64,000 bases of DNA. Source: Podarcis gaigeae (Eukaryota). The notes beneath the pieces are model-generated. The model saw only the letters and a program-made list of their open reading frames with translations, searched no databases and was not told the DNA's origin. Of this stretch, positions 14,031 through 25,951 are shown in pieces (positions within the stretch are counted from its first letter, which is position 1; every line of letters begins with the position of its first letter). A program made the position numbers and the translations under genes. The stretch lies in assembly GCA_964106915.2 (NCBI GenBank), contig OZ066919.1, one strand, 5' to 3'.

Positions 14031-14849
14031 TACAGGCCTTGCTACAGTAGTGTTTGCACAGCCTCACTTCAGGCTTTAAAGAGATATCGGCCATTTAAAT
14101 TCTGTAGCAGAAGAGAAAGCAAGAGGACATAGCTACAGACTAAAAACCCTTGGAAAGTGGGGGAGCAAAAGGACAGAGAAGGAAAATACATTCTGGGGCA
14201 CTGGGCAGTGGAGGGGAGGAGGAGAATATAAGCAGGGGACGTGTCCGTGCCCCATTAAAAGTTATTTGCATCATTGACTTAGAATAATACTGATAGCGAA
14301 GAGAGATTGAAAAAGCGGGTGGGGGGAAGCATTGCATTATTTATTGAAGGATTATGTTGCCAGTGAGTAGAGGAGATATTAAAATACAGTAGAAAACCCC
14401 CTGACTGAGTCTTGGTTATCTGAAATACATGGCTACACAAACCAGTGTATATATTCCTTGAAGCTTCTGGAAAGTGTGATTGTATGTAGAAAGTGCTTAT
14501 GCTGACTTAGGTATCTGATTATCTGAATACTTTACATGTTCAGATGTGGGAGGTTGAACAATTCTTCTGAGACTTGAGGCATTCCTACTTTCTTTTCCTG
14601 GTTGTTTTGCAATTGGAGGAGGCAGGATTTGTTTACACACTGGACACAATCTGGATAAAGTTAAACTTGCCTTAAGTTTAGTCTTGAGAATAGGATCTTG
14701 CCTTCAGGCAAGGAAATTGCATTTTCTCTCTCTTTTAGATCACAAATAGTAGACCATGTTGGCATGTGTGCATAGATGGGTCAAACATATAATGGTCTTA
14801 TTTGCAAGGCTCCTCAAGTTCCATGTCAATTCAGTGTGATGGGATTTAT

Positions 14850-15030
14850 TATTTTTTAGCATTTTTATTCCACTCTTTGGCTCAGAAAGTTTCCCAGAGT
14901 GGATTAGATAAGATTGATAACCAATATGGCAATCCCTACCTGCAGGCTTAAAGTCTAAAAGACACTATACACATGGATAAGGGGGTTGGGAGGTATGAGG
15001 AAGAGGCAAACAAACTCATATGCAAGTTGT
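14850..15030 (-). repeat. Interspersed repeat fragment (LINE-tail-like)
   Basis: Shares cctgcaggctta...caaactca organisation with 59700-59960. Confidence 0.5.
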
Positions 15031-15433
15031 TATGAGGATCAGCTTGAATGGAAGCATCTGAGGGAGAAGAGTTGGGGCTGTATGAAACTGGACTTGTGAG
15101 CCAAACCAATGGAGTGGTCCTGCTTCCTTTCTGTCCCTCTGTTCCCACCAGGTATTTTTAATGTAGCTTGCTTAAAATACTCAGCCAGTAGACTTAAGTC
15201 ACATGAGGTTGGATCCATTTTCAACTTATTGCAAGATCCTTGTGCAAGAATAGAGAATTGAAATCTAATAGTTTTCTTCATTAGTGCAAGATGTTGCACG
15301 AGCACTTGCTCAAGGCTTCAACATATGTGGCTGTGCTAAGTATTTGTTGTAGGAAGTCACATGCAATAGTTTGAGGAACAGGTTCACATAATTTAATCTG
15401 CTCTCTAAACCAACCCATTGATTACAGTGGGAC

Positions 15434-15664
15434 TTGTTTGTTTATTTATTTAATGTACAGCCCACCTCTCCTCCTATTAGCTCAAGGTGGCATACATGAA
15501 CATATTCTTTATTTTATCCTCACAGAAATCATTTGAGGACATTTAGACTGAGAATTGGTGACTGGCCTAAAGTCACAAAGTGATCATTGATGCTGAGTGG
15601 CGGCTTCAGCCTGGTCTTCTGGTTCTCATCTGACATTCAGTCTCACCACTGCACCACAGTGGCT
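15434..15664 (-). mobile_element. MIR/Ther1-related SINE (Squam3-like), old copy
   Basis: attttatcctcaca...gactggcctaaagtcaca...ccactgcaccaca; (TTTA)n tail; similar to 31155-31310. Confidence 0.7.
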
Positions 15665-16179
15665 TTAAGTGCACTTTGTTTCCTCTCAGCTTTACTCAGC
15701 CCATGTACTTAAAAGCTTAATTTTGGGACTGTTACCAAAAACATCTTCCTTATCTTCTGCTTTCAGGCAGAGGGTTTCTTTAGCCATTATGGTCTGCTAC
15801 CTCTTCACATGGCTGATCACGGTGCCGCGTGAAGCACCAGCGATTCCTAAACAAAAAACTCAGATGAGAACTGCCTCAGTTTTCCAGAAACCCTTTTAAT
15901 CCTTTTAGTGCCTTTCTCAAATTCAGATTCAGCAGGCAAGCAAAATACAAGAGTCCAACAAGTCAAAGTGGTCTTGTGGGTAAACACCCAAAAGGTTCTG
16001 CCTTATTTATTTATTTATACAAGCCTGTTGTGAGCTGGCAGAAGAGGAGGAACGAATAGCCACATTTCTGCGCAGGGAGGAGGGGGACTTCCCTTCCTCA
16101 ACAGCATGCATGAAGCACAGAAAGGGCAAAACATTCAAAGGCTCCTCTGCCAACTTCCTGCATAGAATCCCTGGTCACC

Positions 16180-16760
16180 TGTAGCTACTAGGTTGCTGCT
16201 TACTTGCAAGGTTGAGTTGAATAATTGTGCAAAAATAGCCTCCAAGAAACTTGTTGTCATTATATGTACCGCTAGTACCGCTAGCCTCCTGTTAATTTTA
16301 GCTGCTGAATTATTTGAGGCAGAATTGAAGTGCACCTCCCCCCCGGTGAACAAAGGGTTAATTTCAAAAAGTGCACTGAAGGTGAGGAGGCAGGACAGAT
16401 GTTGAAAGTGACTTACCCTGCCTCCCAGAACTGACAAGACTGGGTTGTCATTAGTTAATAAACGTATTAACTGTGGCAAAGCCGTGTTAGATAAATCAGC
16501 CATTAATAAAAGGGGTGGGAGTCCCACCGTGGCAGCTGGCCAGGTACTCTATGATAAGCACTTGCAGGACTGGGCCAATCAGACTTGATTGTTTGCTGGC
16601 AGTGGCTTCGTTGGCCAGTGCTGCAGTAAACACTTTCCCTTGGAAGTTGGTTTTCTGTTGTGTCTGGCAGCCACACTGGGCTGCTTGAACTTTAGCCAGA
16701 GGCAAATATTTATACATCAGAGCATGCAGTGTTCAACTGGTCAGGCCTGCAAGAACGAGG
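16180..16760. promoter_or_regulatory. Candidate enhancer with TALE/Hox, Fox, GATA and NF-Y-like motifs
   Basis: TE-free; TGACA 16432 and TGTCA 16446; ATAAATCA (reverse TGATTTAT) 16491; GATAAG 16552; GGCCAATCAG 16573; GTAAACA 16626. Confidence 0.45.
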
Positions 16761-17099
16761 GAGAGGACTGTGGGCTTTCTTAACCAAAGAGGATGTGTGT
16801 CCTTTTTAATTGCATTCGTGACACGGTGAAGTGGAACCACATTTGAGTCTGTTTCAGTGTTAACTTTATATTCTGTAGCATAAACTTTACAAATTTGTAT
16901 AAACATTAGTCATATATGTATTTTTTTAAAAGGGACATCCTGATGTGAGCTCTGTTCCTTTAATTCCTGTTGGAAAGTTTACAGTTAATATTTTCCCTGG
17001 AACGCTGTCAAGCTTTTGACAGAGCCTGAGTGTATGCTGAACTGTGAAACTGAGAAGCAGAGCAAGTTGTGAGAAATCTGTTTCTACTCAAATCTGTAA

Positions 17100-17600
17100 G
17101 GTTTATAAAAACTTCAGCAGAGAGGCAGAAAGAGGGGGAGAAATATCTGAGACTGGCTCTCGTTTTGCCTCTCATGGAGCGCAGTGAGTCCGCCATTTTA
17201 AGAATTCAGCAAAGGGCGAAGCTTTCAGACTCCTTACATGGCGGCTGTATTTACTTCAATTCTGGCCAATCGAACAGTCTGTGCCAAATCATGTGACATG
17301 CCACGAATGCACTTACAGTCATTTCCTTGTTTCTAAAAACTTTGTTACCTCTACAGATTACTTTACCTTGTTTTTGATGCCAAATGTTCTTCGCCGAACG
17401 TGTCTAGCAGGCTGGCGTTTGTCCACAAAGTTATTTTAGTAGGTAAAAAGTCTCCGAGCACTTGAGCTGTGTGCATTCTTTATGTAAAATGGATTTCCCC
17501 TCCTGGCCTCAATCCAAGAGCACAGAACACTCGCTGGGCGAGAAGAGAGCTTCTCTGCAGAGGAACTGGTGGACTGACACACTCTAATTTTTTGGCTCTT
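17100..17600. promoter_or_regulatory. Candidate internal or alternative promoter
   Basis: About 14 CpGs in 400 bp outside any TE; YY1-like CCGCCATTTT 17190 and ACATGGCGGC 17236; CCAAT 17266; TCATGTGAC E/M-box 17289; splice donors on both strands. Confidence 0.5.
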
Positions 17601-18404
17601 GACCAGACAAGTGAGATAGATGCCAGAATTCAACAAAATAACACATTATTGTGTAATAGGAACAGTACTCAAAGTGAGCAAAAGCTCACAGGAACTGAAC
17701 GCCAGTGCTTCTTTCTTTCTTTCTTTTTTATAACAGAAGCTTGAACTGGCACTTTTAAAATGTTATTTCAGAGGAACAAGGGATGAAATATAACTGTGAT
17801 GTACAGAATGAATAAAATCATACAGTTTCTAACATAAAGCAGGAGGGAAGGGGAGGAGGGGGAGGAGGAAGGAAGAGTGGAGCTGAAATTAGTTTTGTGA
17901 GGGTTTTGCTCTGTGCTCGTCCATGTTAACCCTTTCCATTCACTTTCAGAGTTCTAAATTTGCACTCAAGCATTTATTTATATTCCACATTTAATTCCAC
18001 TTTAATGCTCTAAATTAAGTTTGTATTATCTTAAAACCAGAGGGCAATATGGAGCCACAGAGGGGTTATCATGGTGCAGCCTCAGTGGGTGTTGTTGCCA
18101 ACCTTCCCTTTCCACATTTTTTCCTTTCTACAACTTCAAACAACATACAAACATCAATCTCAAAAACCTTTGTATTCTGGAACAGTAAGGTGAAGGGTTT
18201 CTTTTATTATTATTATTATTAATGTTGCAGTTCTACCATGCTCTTCTGGAAGAATCTAGTCATATGGGCAGATGCCAAGGTGGATGGAAAAGGGAATCCA
18301 CCATACCTTTCAGTCTGGGCGGGGGGCTGTTGAATAAGAGATTGAACATGTGCATCAAGTTGCATAAGGATAGTGTGGGTTGAAGCATGCTTTAGCCTGA
18401 AACT

Positions 18405-18806
18405 AACCCCCATTTTTATATGAGGAATGGTTGAGGGAGTTGAGTATGTTTACCCTCAGAAAGAGACGACCGAGGAGAGATATAATAGCCAACTTCAGAT
18501 ATCTAAAGGGCTGTAACACAGAAAATGGAGCAAACTTGTTTTTTCCTGCTCCAGGGCCTAGGACCCGAACCAGTGGCTTCAAGTTACAAGAAAGGAGATT
18601 CTGACTAAACATCAGGAAGAACCTTCTGACATTGAGCTGTTAGGCAGTGGAATGGATTTCTACGAGAGGTGGTGGACTCTCCTTTCTTGCAGGTTTTGAA
18701 ACAGAGGTTGGATGGCCACCTGTCATGGATGCTTTTGTTGAGATTCCTGCACTGCAGGGAGTTCAACTAGATGACTTGGGGTCCCTTCCAACTCTATGAT
18801 TCTATG
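18405..18806 (+). mobile_element. CR1 LINE, 5'-truncated (ORF2 C-terminus and 3' UTR)
   Basis: Translates YEEWLRELSMFTLRKRR...RYLKGC...RTRTSGFKLQERRF*LNIRKN; ends tcccttccaactctatgattctatg. Confidence 0.95.
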
Positions 18807-18902
18807 TCTGGCTTTCACTGAAAGTTATCTCTTAATTTTGTATATTGCCAAATACATGATTCACACTTTGTCCTTTCAGCACGCTAGGATGTCAGCAGCA
18901 AC

Positions 18903-19050
18903 TTCCAGAGGGGTAACCATTTCAGTCTGATGCAGCAAAACCAACAAGGAGTCTTATGGCACTTAACAAATTGATTGTGGTATAAGCTTTTGTGTTCACT
19001 AAAGTTTGTGCCATAATAAATCTTAGTCATTCGGTACTGTAAGACTCCTG
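18903..19050. mobile_element. Palindromic relic, probably inverted Penelope-like terminal repeats
   Basis: Imperfect inverted arms 18947-18994 / 18997-19049; left extension matches 9372-9420 in reverse. Confidence 0.55.
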
Positions 19051-19167
19051 GTAGTAGACTGTCAGTGGGATACATTAATTACTTCATAATTCTGATAGTA
19101 TTTTAGCATACAATATTAGACTCCCCTCCCCTTCCTGCTAGAACTTGCTGCCTCTCAATCCTAGAAT

Positions 19168-19297
19168 AACCTTTCTCCATTCTCGTGTCCTCCAGATAAT
19201 GTTTGATTCCAACAGCCATGGACAGCTTTAGCAATGGATAGAGGCAATGGGAGTTGTAATCAGGAACATTTGAAGGGCACCAGGTTTGAGAAATGTG
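19168..19297. mobile_element. Short hAT-type MITE (degenerate)
   Basis: gtgtcctccagat...atgggagttgtaatc...acatttgaagggcaccaggtt; same family as 10453-10580. Confidence 0.65.
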
Positions 19298-20299
19298 ACA
19301 TTTCTTCCATCAGTGTTATCATATAAGCAGTACTGGTTGCCCGCATCTCTCATTTATTGAGGATTCTTACAGCTGCAGCACTTTGTGGGAGTTAGGCATT
19401 TGGACTTGGGCTGCAGGTAGAGTCTTTTCAAGTTTACACATCATCTGACTGAGAATAAAAGAACCTATCAGAATTAACTCTAAGAATAATGATAGTATTT
19501 TCTATTAGTCAGAGAAGGGAAGTAGGTTTGTATTTGCCTACGTGTTATTACCCTGTAGATCACTCTGAGGTGATAGAAGGATAAAAGTAGACATTTTATT
19601 CTTCTTCTGTTTTTTTATATGTTAATGCGCCTTGGTAATTTTGTTTTATTTTAAGGATTGAAAATGAGCCCAGGTGCAGTTAAGAATAGCTGATACCAAA
19701 CAAACAGTAATTCACGTTTAACATACGGGAAGGATAAAGAAATGTCATGTACATAAGCAAAAGACAACTGACATTAACGCAGCAGGCAAGGTGATTACAT
19801 AGCAATCTAGTAACTATATGTGATCATTATTGCTGGTTGGTGGGTTGCTTAAATGAGTACCTGAAGGTTAAGTAATAGCTGTAGGAGGGAGGAGAGAGGA
19901 ACAGGAGGAGAGAGTAGGAAAGAGAGAGAGGTTGATAGAAAGGTAGACAGAAGGTTAGGAAAGAGAAGTGGATAAGAAGCAGTGTGAATAGCTGGGGAGA
20001 GAGATGATTTGTCTGTGTTTTAGTAACTGATACTTATGGGCTTTGATTATATTTGTTGGAAGCTCCTGGGGAATAATAACAGGTTTTTGAGAGGAGTCTT
20101 TTATTTCTGTAAACCACCTACTCTGAGATAAATGTTTTTTTATATATAAAATATCATCCACTCTGAGCTGTTGCCAGCCCAGTAGGTCAATGTGGTTACA
20201 GCACCACGTTTCTATGGCCTGTGTGATAAATAGTGGAGTAATGCAGCCCACATGGCATCTTTGGCATCCGTTTCCCCAACACAGTATGCTTCAGAGTCT

Positions 20300-20748
20300 C
20301 ATTTATTCATTTAAAACATTTATATACTGCCCTTGATGCTATTCCAGATTTCAGAGTGATGTACAACTAATTCTATCACAATGATAAAACATCATATAAG
20401 AGCCTTAAAATAATTAAAACTATAAGAAGTTAACATGCTTGGGTGTACCAGAAACTTTTTGCCTGGTACTGAAAAGATTGCAGCATAGACACAAATCAAG
20501 TATCTTTGGGAAAGGCATTGCACAATCATGGCACTACTGCTGAAAAAAACCCTTTCCTTTATTGTTCAGTAGCATACCTGTGCTATGGTGACACCTTGAG
20601 AAGTGCCTTAGAAGATCTTAAAACATGGGTAAATTAATATGGGAAGATGCACTTCTTCATGTAATTGGGTCCCAAGCCATTTAAGGGCTTCAAAGCCAAT
20701 TACCAGCATCCTGAATTCAGCCCAGAAGTGATAAGCAGCCAATGAAGT
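20300..20748 (-). mobile_element. L2 LINE 3' end
   Basis: Minus strand gives degenerate LHWL...LNGLGPNY followed by a 3' UTR ending in an A-rich aaat tail. Confidence 0.7.
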
Positions 20749-20984
20749 TTTGTTGTTGTTTTTTTAATGGCAAGATATGCACAAACATGCTAAAAGTTAA
20801 AGGGGAATGAATAGGCTGTCCGTCCAACATTTCTTTCCAGACTGAGGTCATCCCTTAGGCTGACCAACACTGTTTCAGTGCCCAAACCAGTTCTCTTTTG
20901 AAATAGGTTTAAGAAACACAACAATATTCAATAACCTTTCCTAAAAACAAAAGGGACTTGCATGTCACAAATAAAACTGAGCAG

Positions 20985-21330
20985 GGTGCCAAGTTGTTTA
21001 AGGCTTTAAATGTCAGCAACAAAACATTGAAAATTGCTTGACAGTGCCAATTTTTCAACACTAGTGCAATATGCATAAAGCTGGGTGTCCCACTCAGCAT
21101 TCTAGTAGCTGCAATTTGCACTAACTGCAGTTTCCAAACCAGATGCAAAGTTAGCTCTGCATACAACACATTAAAGTAATCTAATTGTGAGGTCACCCAA
21201 GTTTGGACTACGGTGGCAAGGCAGTGCTTGTCCAGGAATGGGTCATGCCTGGGGCACCATCTGAGGTTGGAAGTGGGCTACTAAGGCATGGATCACACCC
21301 ATGAGTGCCAGGTTCTTGACCCTCATTTAT
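20985..21330 (-). mobile_element. L2 LINE ORF2 C-terminal fragment
   Basis: ORF 20909-21196: TSQLDYFNVLYAEL...KLQLVQIAATRML...VLLLTFKALNNLAP, matching the L2 motif SRLDYCN/LQLVQNAAAR/KALNGLGP. Confidence 0.9.
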
Positions 21331-21431
21331 TTATTTATATTTTGGGGAAATGGCAGGCACTTCCTTCACCCATGGAGTAGCTTTTCTGAAATTGGAGGGG
21401 GGCAGGAGGGTGCTCAAGTATACTGTGTGTA

Positions 21432-21572
21432 AGGGGGGGGGGGAGATTGAGGGAGATGGACTTGGATAGAGAGAGGGAGAGATATGTGTGTGGTTGTGTA
21501 TTTGTGAAGTGTGTACATGTGTGTGACAGAGATTCATGTGTGCCTGTGTTCTCTGTGTGCAGTGAGTGTGTG
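21432..21572. repeat. Low-complexity G/GA then GT-rich tract
   Basis: Poly-G, (GA)n and degenerate (GT)n. Confidence 0.8.
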
Positions 21573-24500
21573 TTCTGTTTTTGTGCAAGAAAAGGTGCAT
21601 AGTGTGATCACTTCGCATGTTTTTCTTGGTACTTAACAATATTCCCTGCTGTTATTAGACAACAGCAACACTATGTGTGTCATCAATATTGTGTGATTTT
21701 CACAGCTAGGACCAGCAGGCTGTAGGTGACTTCCACTGGCAAGCATGAGATTGTTGGGTGGACACAGGGGGAAGCAGTAACAATGACACTTTCTCTAATT
21801 TTGTGTTATACTATGTCCCACTCCCCATGGCAGCCATGTGTTATGCCAGGCCTCTTTAGCAGATATTAAAATCACTTCTTTAATTCAAAATGTACCAACG
21901 GATCTGAAAAGGTTGGCTACCCTTGCACCGAGGCCACCTGGGCTGTCCTGGTCCATCACAATTTCTGCTACGAAGAAGAGGCAACAGCCTACACAAGATG
22001 GAGGCAAGTAGACCTGAGGCTCGGGAGTTAACGGCACGGAGGCAAGGTCAGGACCTTGGACAGGAACAGAGATGCCAATTCAGAGTTCAGTAGCTAGAGG
22101 GCAGGACCACAGTTAGCAATCCTGCAGCTGAGACAGAAGAACCAAGTTGTTTGAGCACTGCCTTGGAGCAACTAGCAGAACTTTATAGTTTGAGCTATGG
22201 AGTCAAAACTAAAACCCTACTCTTGGAATGCTTCAAATGGCCAGTTAAAAGGCTGGTGCCTTTTTATGTAGTTGTTGGATACTTCTAGGCAGTGGGGTTT
22301 CAAGTTGCAGGGACCTCTTGGGACTTCTCTGGTCTTCTGAGGATTTTGAAGTCAAGTCATTGGAGTTCAGTGGCAGAGAGCTTTGGGGAGGGGGGCATCT
22401 CTCTGGTACCAGTGGGCCCATTTAAAAGGATCAGAAGGTGAATCTGATTCCATCTTGGAGCTATTTCTAATTACATCCTCATTTGGTGATCATAATCCAC
22501 ACAAACAGAAAAACATTTCCCTAGTTATGTTAATATATATCCATTGTGAATGAGATATGAATGAACCTGGTTTAAGGGATTTCTAAAGTATGGAATGATA
22601 ATTTAAAATAAGTGATAATAGAAAATCCTTTTGTGGATTGTTGTCCATGTGGCTTTATAGTGACACATTTAGGTGATGATTTTATGTGTTACATCAGGGC
22701 CTCATAGTAATACAAAAAGGGATAATGAAAATGTTTATGATATGTTCCAGGGATATGGGTTATGTTTCATATTGTGTTACATTAACAGAACAAATAATTG
22801 GATGTGTGGGTTGGCGTGATTGAAATGTTTATTTACTATCTAGTTGTCCTGGCAATAGTGTTCGCCATCTTATTTCAATTAATGTCTAATAGAGATGCAC
22901 TGTAGTTTTTATGTAGGCACACATATAACTGATGGTTCATTTAAGGAGTGCATGCACTAAATATGTTTTTGCTATCCAGCCAAGCTAACGGCTGTGTAAC
23001 TGTTGAGCATAAAACTGTAATATCTATATTTCCCAGCTTGCAGTAATGTTTCTGAAGTCTGGGATAACTGATGCTAATCTCCAGTTTGTTTTGTGGCTTT
23101 CCAAAAATTAACTTGAAACAAAATAAAATGTGATGTAAATCCATTCATTTTAAAATGTGTAATCGAAAGCAATAGGCAACATCTAGTCTATATAGCAAGC
23201 TACTCAATGGAACTTAAAAAGCCAAACAAGATCCCTGGTATGAAAGAATATGAACATTCAAATACATCATCTGTTAATTGCATTCTTGGTCTCAGAATTT
23301 CCCACTTTGGTGCTTATTGTAACTTCAGCTTATCCTCTTGAACTGACTGTAGAGTATTTGAAAACATTTTAAATAGGACTGCAAGCTTTAATCAATGCGA
23401 TTAATCAAGTGAAGCTTTAATAGCAGATTAAAATTTGGCGTCCGATTAATTGGTAGGATTGACAATGAGTAAAGACTCTGGAATTTAGATCCCTTAAAGG
23501 ACCTGCCACTGTGTAGGGCACATAAATTTGCTGTCTCCCTTTTCTCTGCACCAGAACAGATGAAACAGAAATGTAAATGGTTGCTCTGTTCCAATTTGTC
23601 TCCAAAATTGGCAAAAACATTTAAAGGAGAGGACGCTAGTATACTTTTGGAGGATTTACTTTAGACTAAGTTCGTAAGATAAAAATCTTGCCCAATAGTA
23701 GACAACAGTATTTCACCCACTGGTACGTGCAAAGTCTGATGTCTGGGTGGCCAAAAAGAGAGAGAAAATATTTTGCTATTTTAAGGTGAAACTGTCTCTT
23801 CTGTACCTTTTATCTTCTGAGTCTAAGTCAATTTGATTTTTCCTACCCTGCTCTTACCCTGGAATGTTCACAATGCCCAACACTTCCTGCCTGATATTTC
23901 CTAGAACAAGTTAAGATGGGAGTATCAGGGACAAATTTTCTGACCACTGTAGATTCATAGGGACGAAAGTCATAATCGGTTCCCAGTTTCTCAAAATCCC
24001 AAGTCCAGTGTGAATCAGAATACACTTGCAGTTAATGTGCAAATTGGAGCATTTTGTTTCAACTCAGTAGATCTGTCATAAGGTCATCTTACAGTTATTT
24101 AATTGTTCCCAAATTAAATGGCAGCTGCAGTAATATGCATATGTCTCTGCTGAGAGGTGGTTTCCCTCAGAAGCAGGGAAACAGTTGAATGCTAAGATGC
24201 AAATGCTTTGTTTTTGATGTGAACCTTTAGAAAGTACTCTCACCAATCACCCTTGCTGTGAGCTCACATTTTATTTATTTCCTGCCAGTTCTTCAACCAA
24301 ACAACCCAGCGCTGCTAACAAGGGAAAGTTAAAATAACAAGTGAGTCAAAATAGGACATTAGAAAGGACTTTGCTCTTCTTCTTTCTCTTTGTGGCTGGT
24401 TGATAACTGAGTGTAAGACAGGACAGGCTGAGTAGCAATCAGGTAGGCCATTTGAATGATTCTTGTTTCCTTGCCATCTCCTGCTTTCCAAATTGTTGCT

Positions 24501-25820
24501 TTTTGTACGATATAACTCATTGGGTATATATCTGTGAAGCTTGAAAGATAAATGGTTACTTCAGCTTAACAGCTTTTTGCTTTTGCTCTGAATGGTTCCT
24601 TTTGTTTTGCATAGACCTTCACCTTTAAGGGCAAGGAGGCAGCTTGCTTTAATGATGGAAATAACACATCCAAGGGATTTCCTCCCATTCCCCTTTTAAC
24701 AGAACCCTCCCCAGCCAATCTGACCTAGCACCTAGCAATGTTCTTGGCTTTGGCCAGCAACAGCTTGGGAACCCAGGTCTGCTTATGAACCCAGATGGCA
24801 GTGCGTTGCCATATGTCAAGAACATATGCTGTCCTGATTCTTTTTTAAAAAAAAAATAACGTCCATTCTTCCATCCACACAAATGGATCTTAACCCATTG
24901 TGTAGCAAGAAATCTCTTCACTGCCAATCCTATTCATTCTCTACAGAGATGCTTCTGCTGGAGCAATATGATTGAGGGTGTAATTATAGGTGTTGCACCA
25001 AAGTTTTTAGCAAGCTTTCCATTTCAAAATCCTCGTCAGGCTTCTATTGGCTTTGATGTTGCTGAGAGAAGACGTTTGTCATCATTAACAAATTTGACAA
25101 TATGGTAGCAATTCTGAGTTCTTGATCAGGAGAGGAATACAGACTTGTATTTCCGAGCACAATCTATTCACTTGTACAACCAAGTGAACTGTTTCTGTTT
25201 TATATGAGTGAGCCTTTCGTAGAGGCATGGCTGTTAAGGATTGGGTTTGTTTTATCCTCTTCTTTATAAATTGCTTTAGCCACAGCAATGGCACAGACCA
25301 AGACAAACAGAACAGTAAAATAAAGACTGCCTGTCTATCTTTTCTATTTTCCCTGCTTTCCTAGGACTCTAAGTTAGTCAGTGCTTTTGAACATCAAAAC
25401 ATTTTGATGCCTTTGATATGCACAGACATGATAAAGAATTGATGTTGGGGACTTTTTAATTTTTCGTGCTAAGGCACCTACTGATAGGCCAAGGAAGTAC
25501 ATAACTGTCCTGAAAAATTATTCCAGATCACCCTTTTCTCTCAAAATAAAGGATAAGTTTTTTTTAAAAAGAAGAAGAAACATTCTTTTCCCAGCAGCAG
25601 TCATTCCCCCCCCTCCCTCTTTGATAGTCATGAATTGAATGGTGAGGTGTTGAAATCTATGACTGAGATCCAAAGGAACATTCAGCTAGCTACTAGCTCT
25701 GTGCTCCCTAAAAGGCTTTGAGTCTGTGTTTCTTGAATGCTAGACTACCATGACACTAGGCAAGTCTGAAATTGAAGGATCTTCTGAAAGTAGTTTGGGC
25801 ATCCAAACTTGGGGTGCAAC

Positions 25821-25951
25821 CAGTGCTATTTTTCTAGGAAAAAGAGGTGCTGGAACTCAGAATGAACACCTCCTTCGTTCTCTTAGAATGGTGCCCACCT
25901 GAGAGGTGCTGGAACTGAGTTCCTGTGAGTTCTCCTTGGAAAAAAGCCCTG
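25821..25951. mobile_element. hAT-type MITE
   Basis: TIRs cagtgctattttt / aaaaaagccctg; 8-bp TSD ggtgcaac / ggtgcatc; internal repeat gaggtgctggaact twice. Confidence 0.85.
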
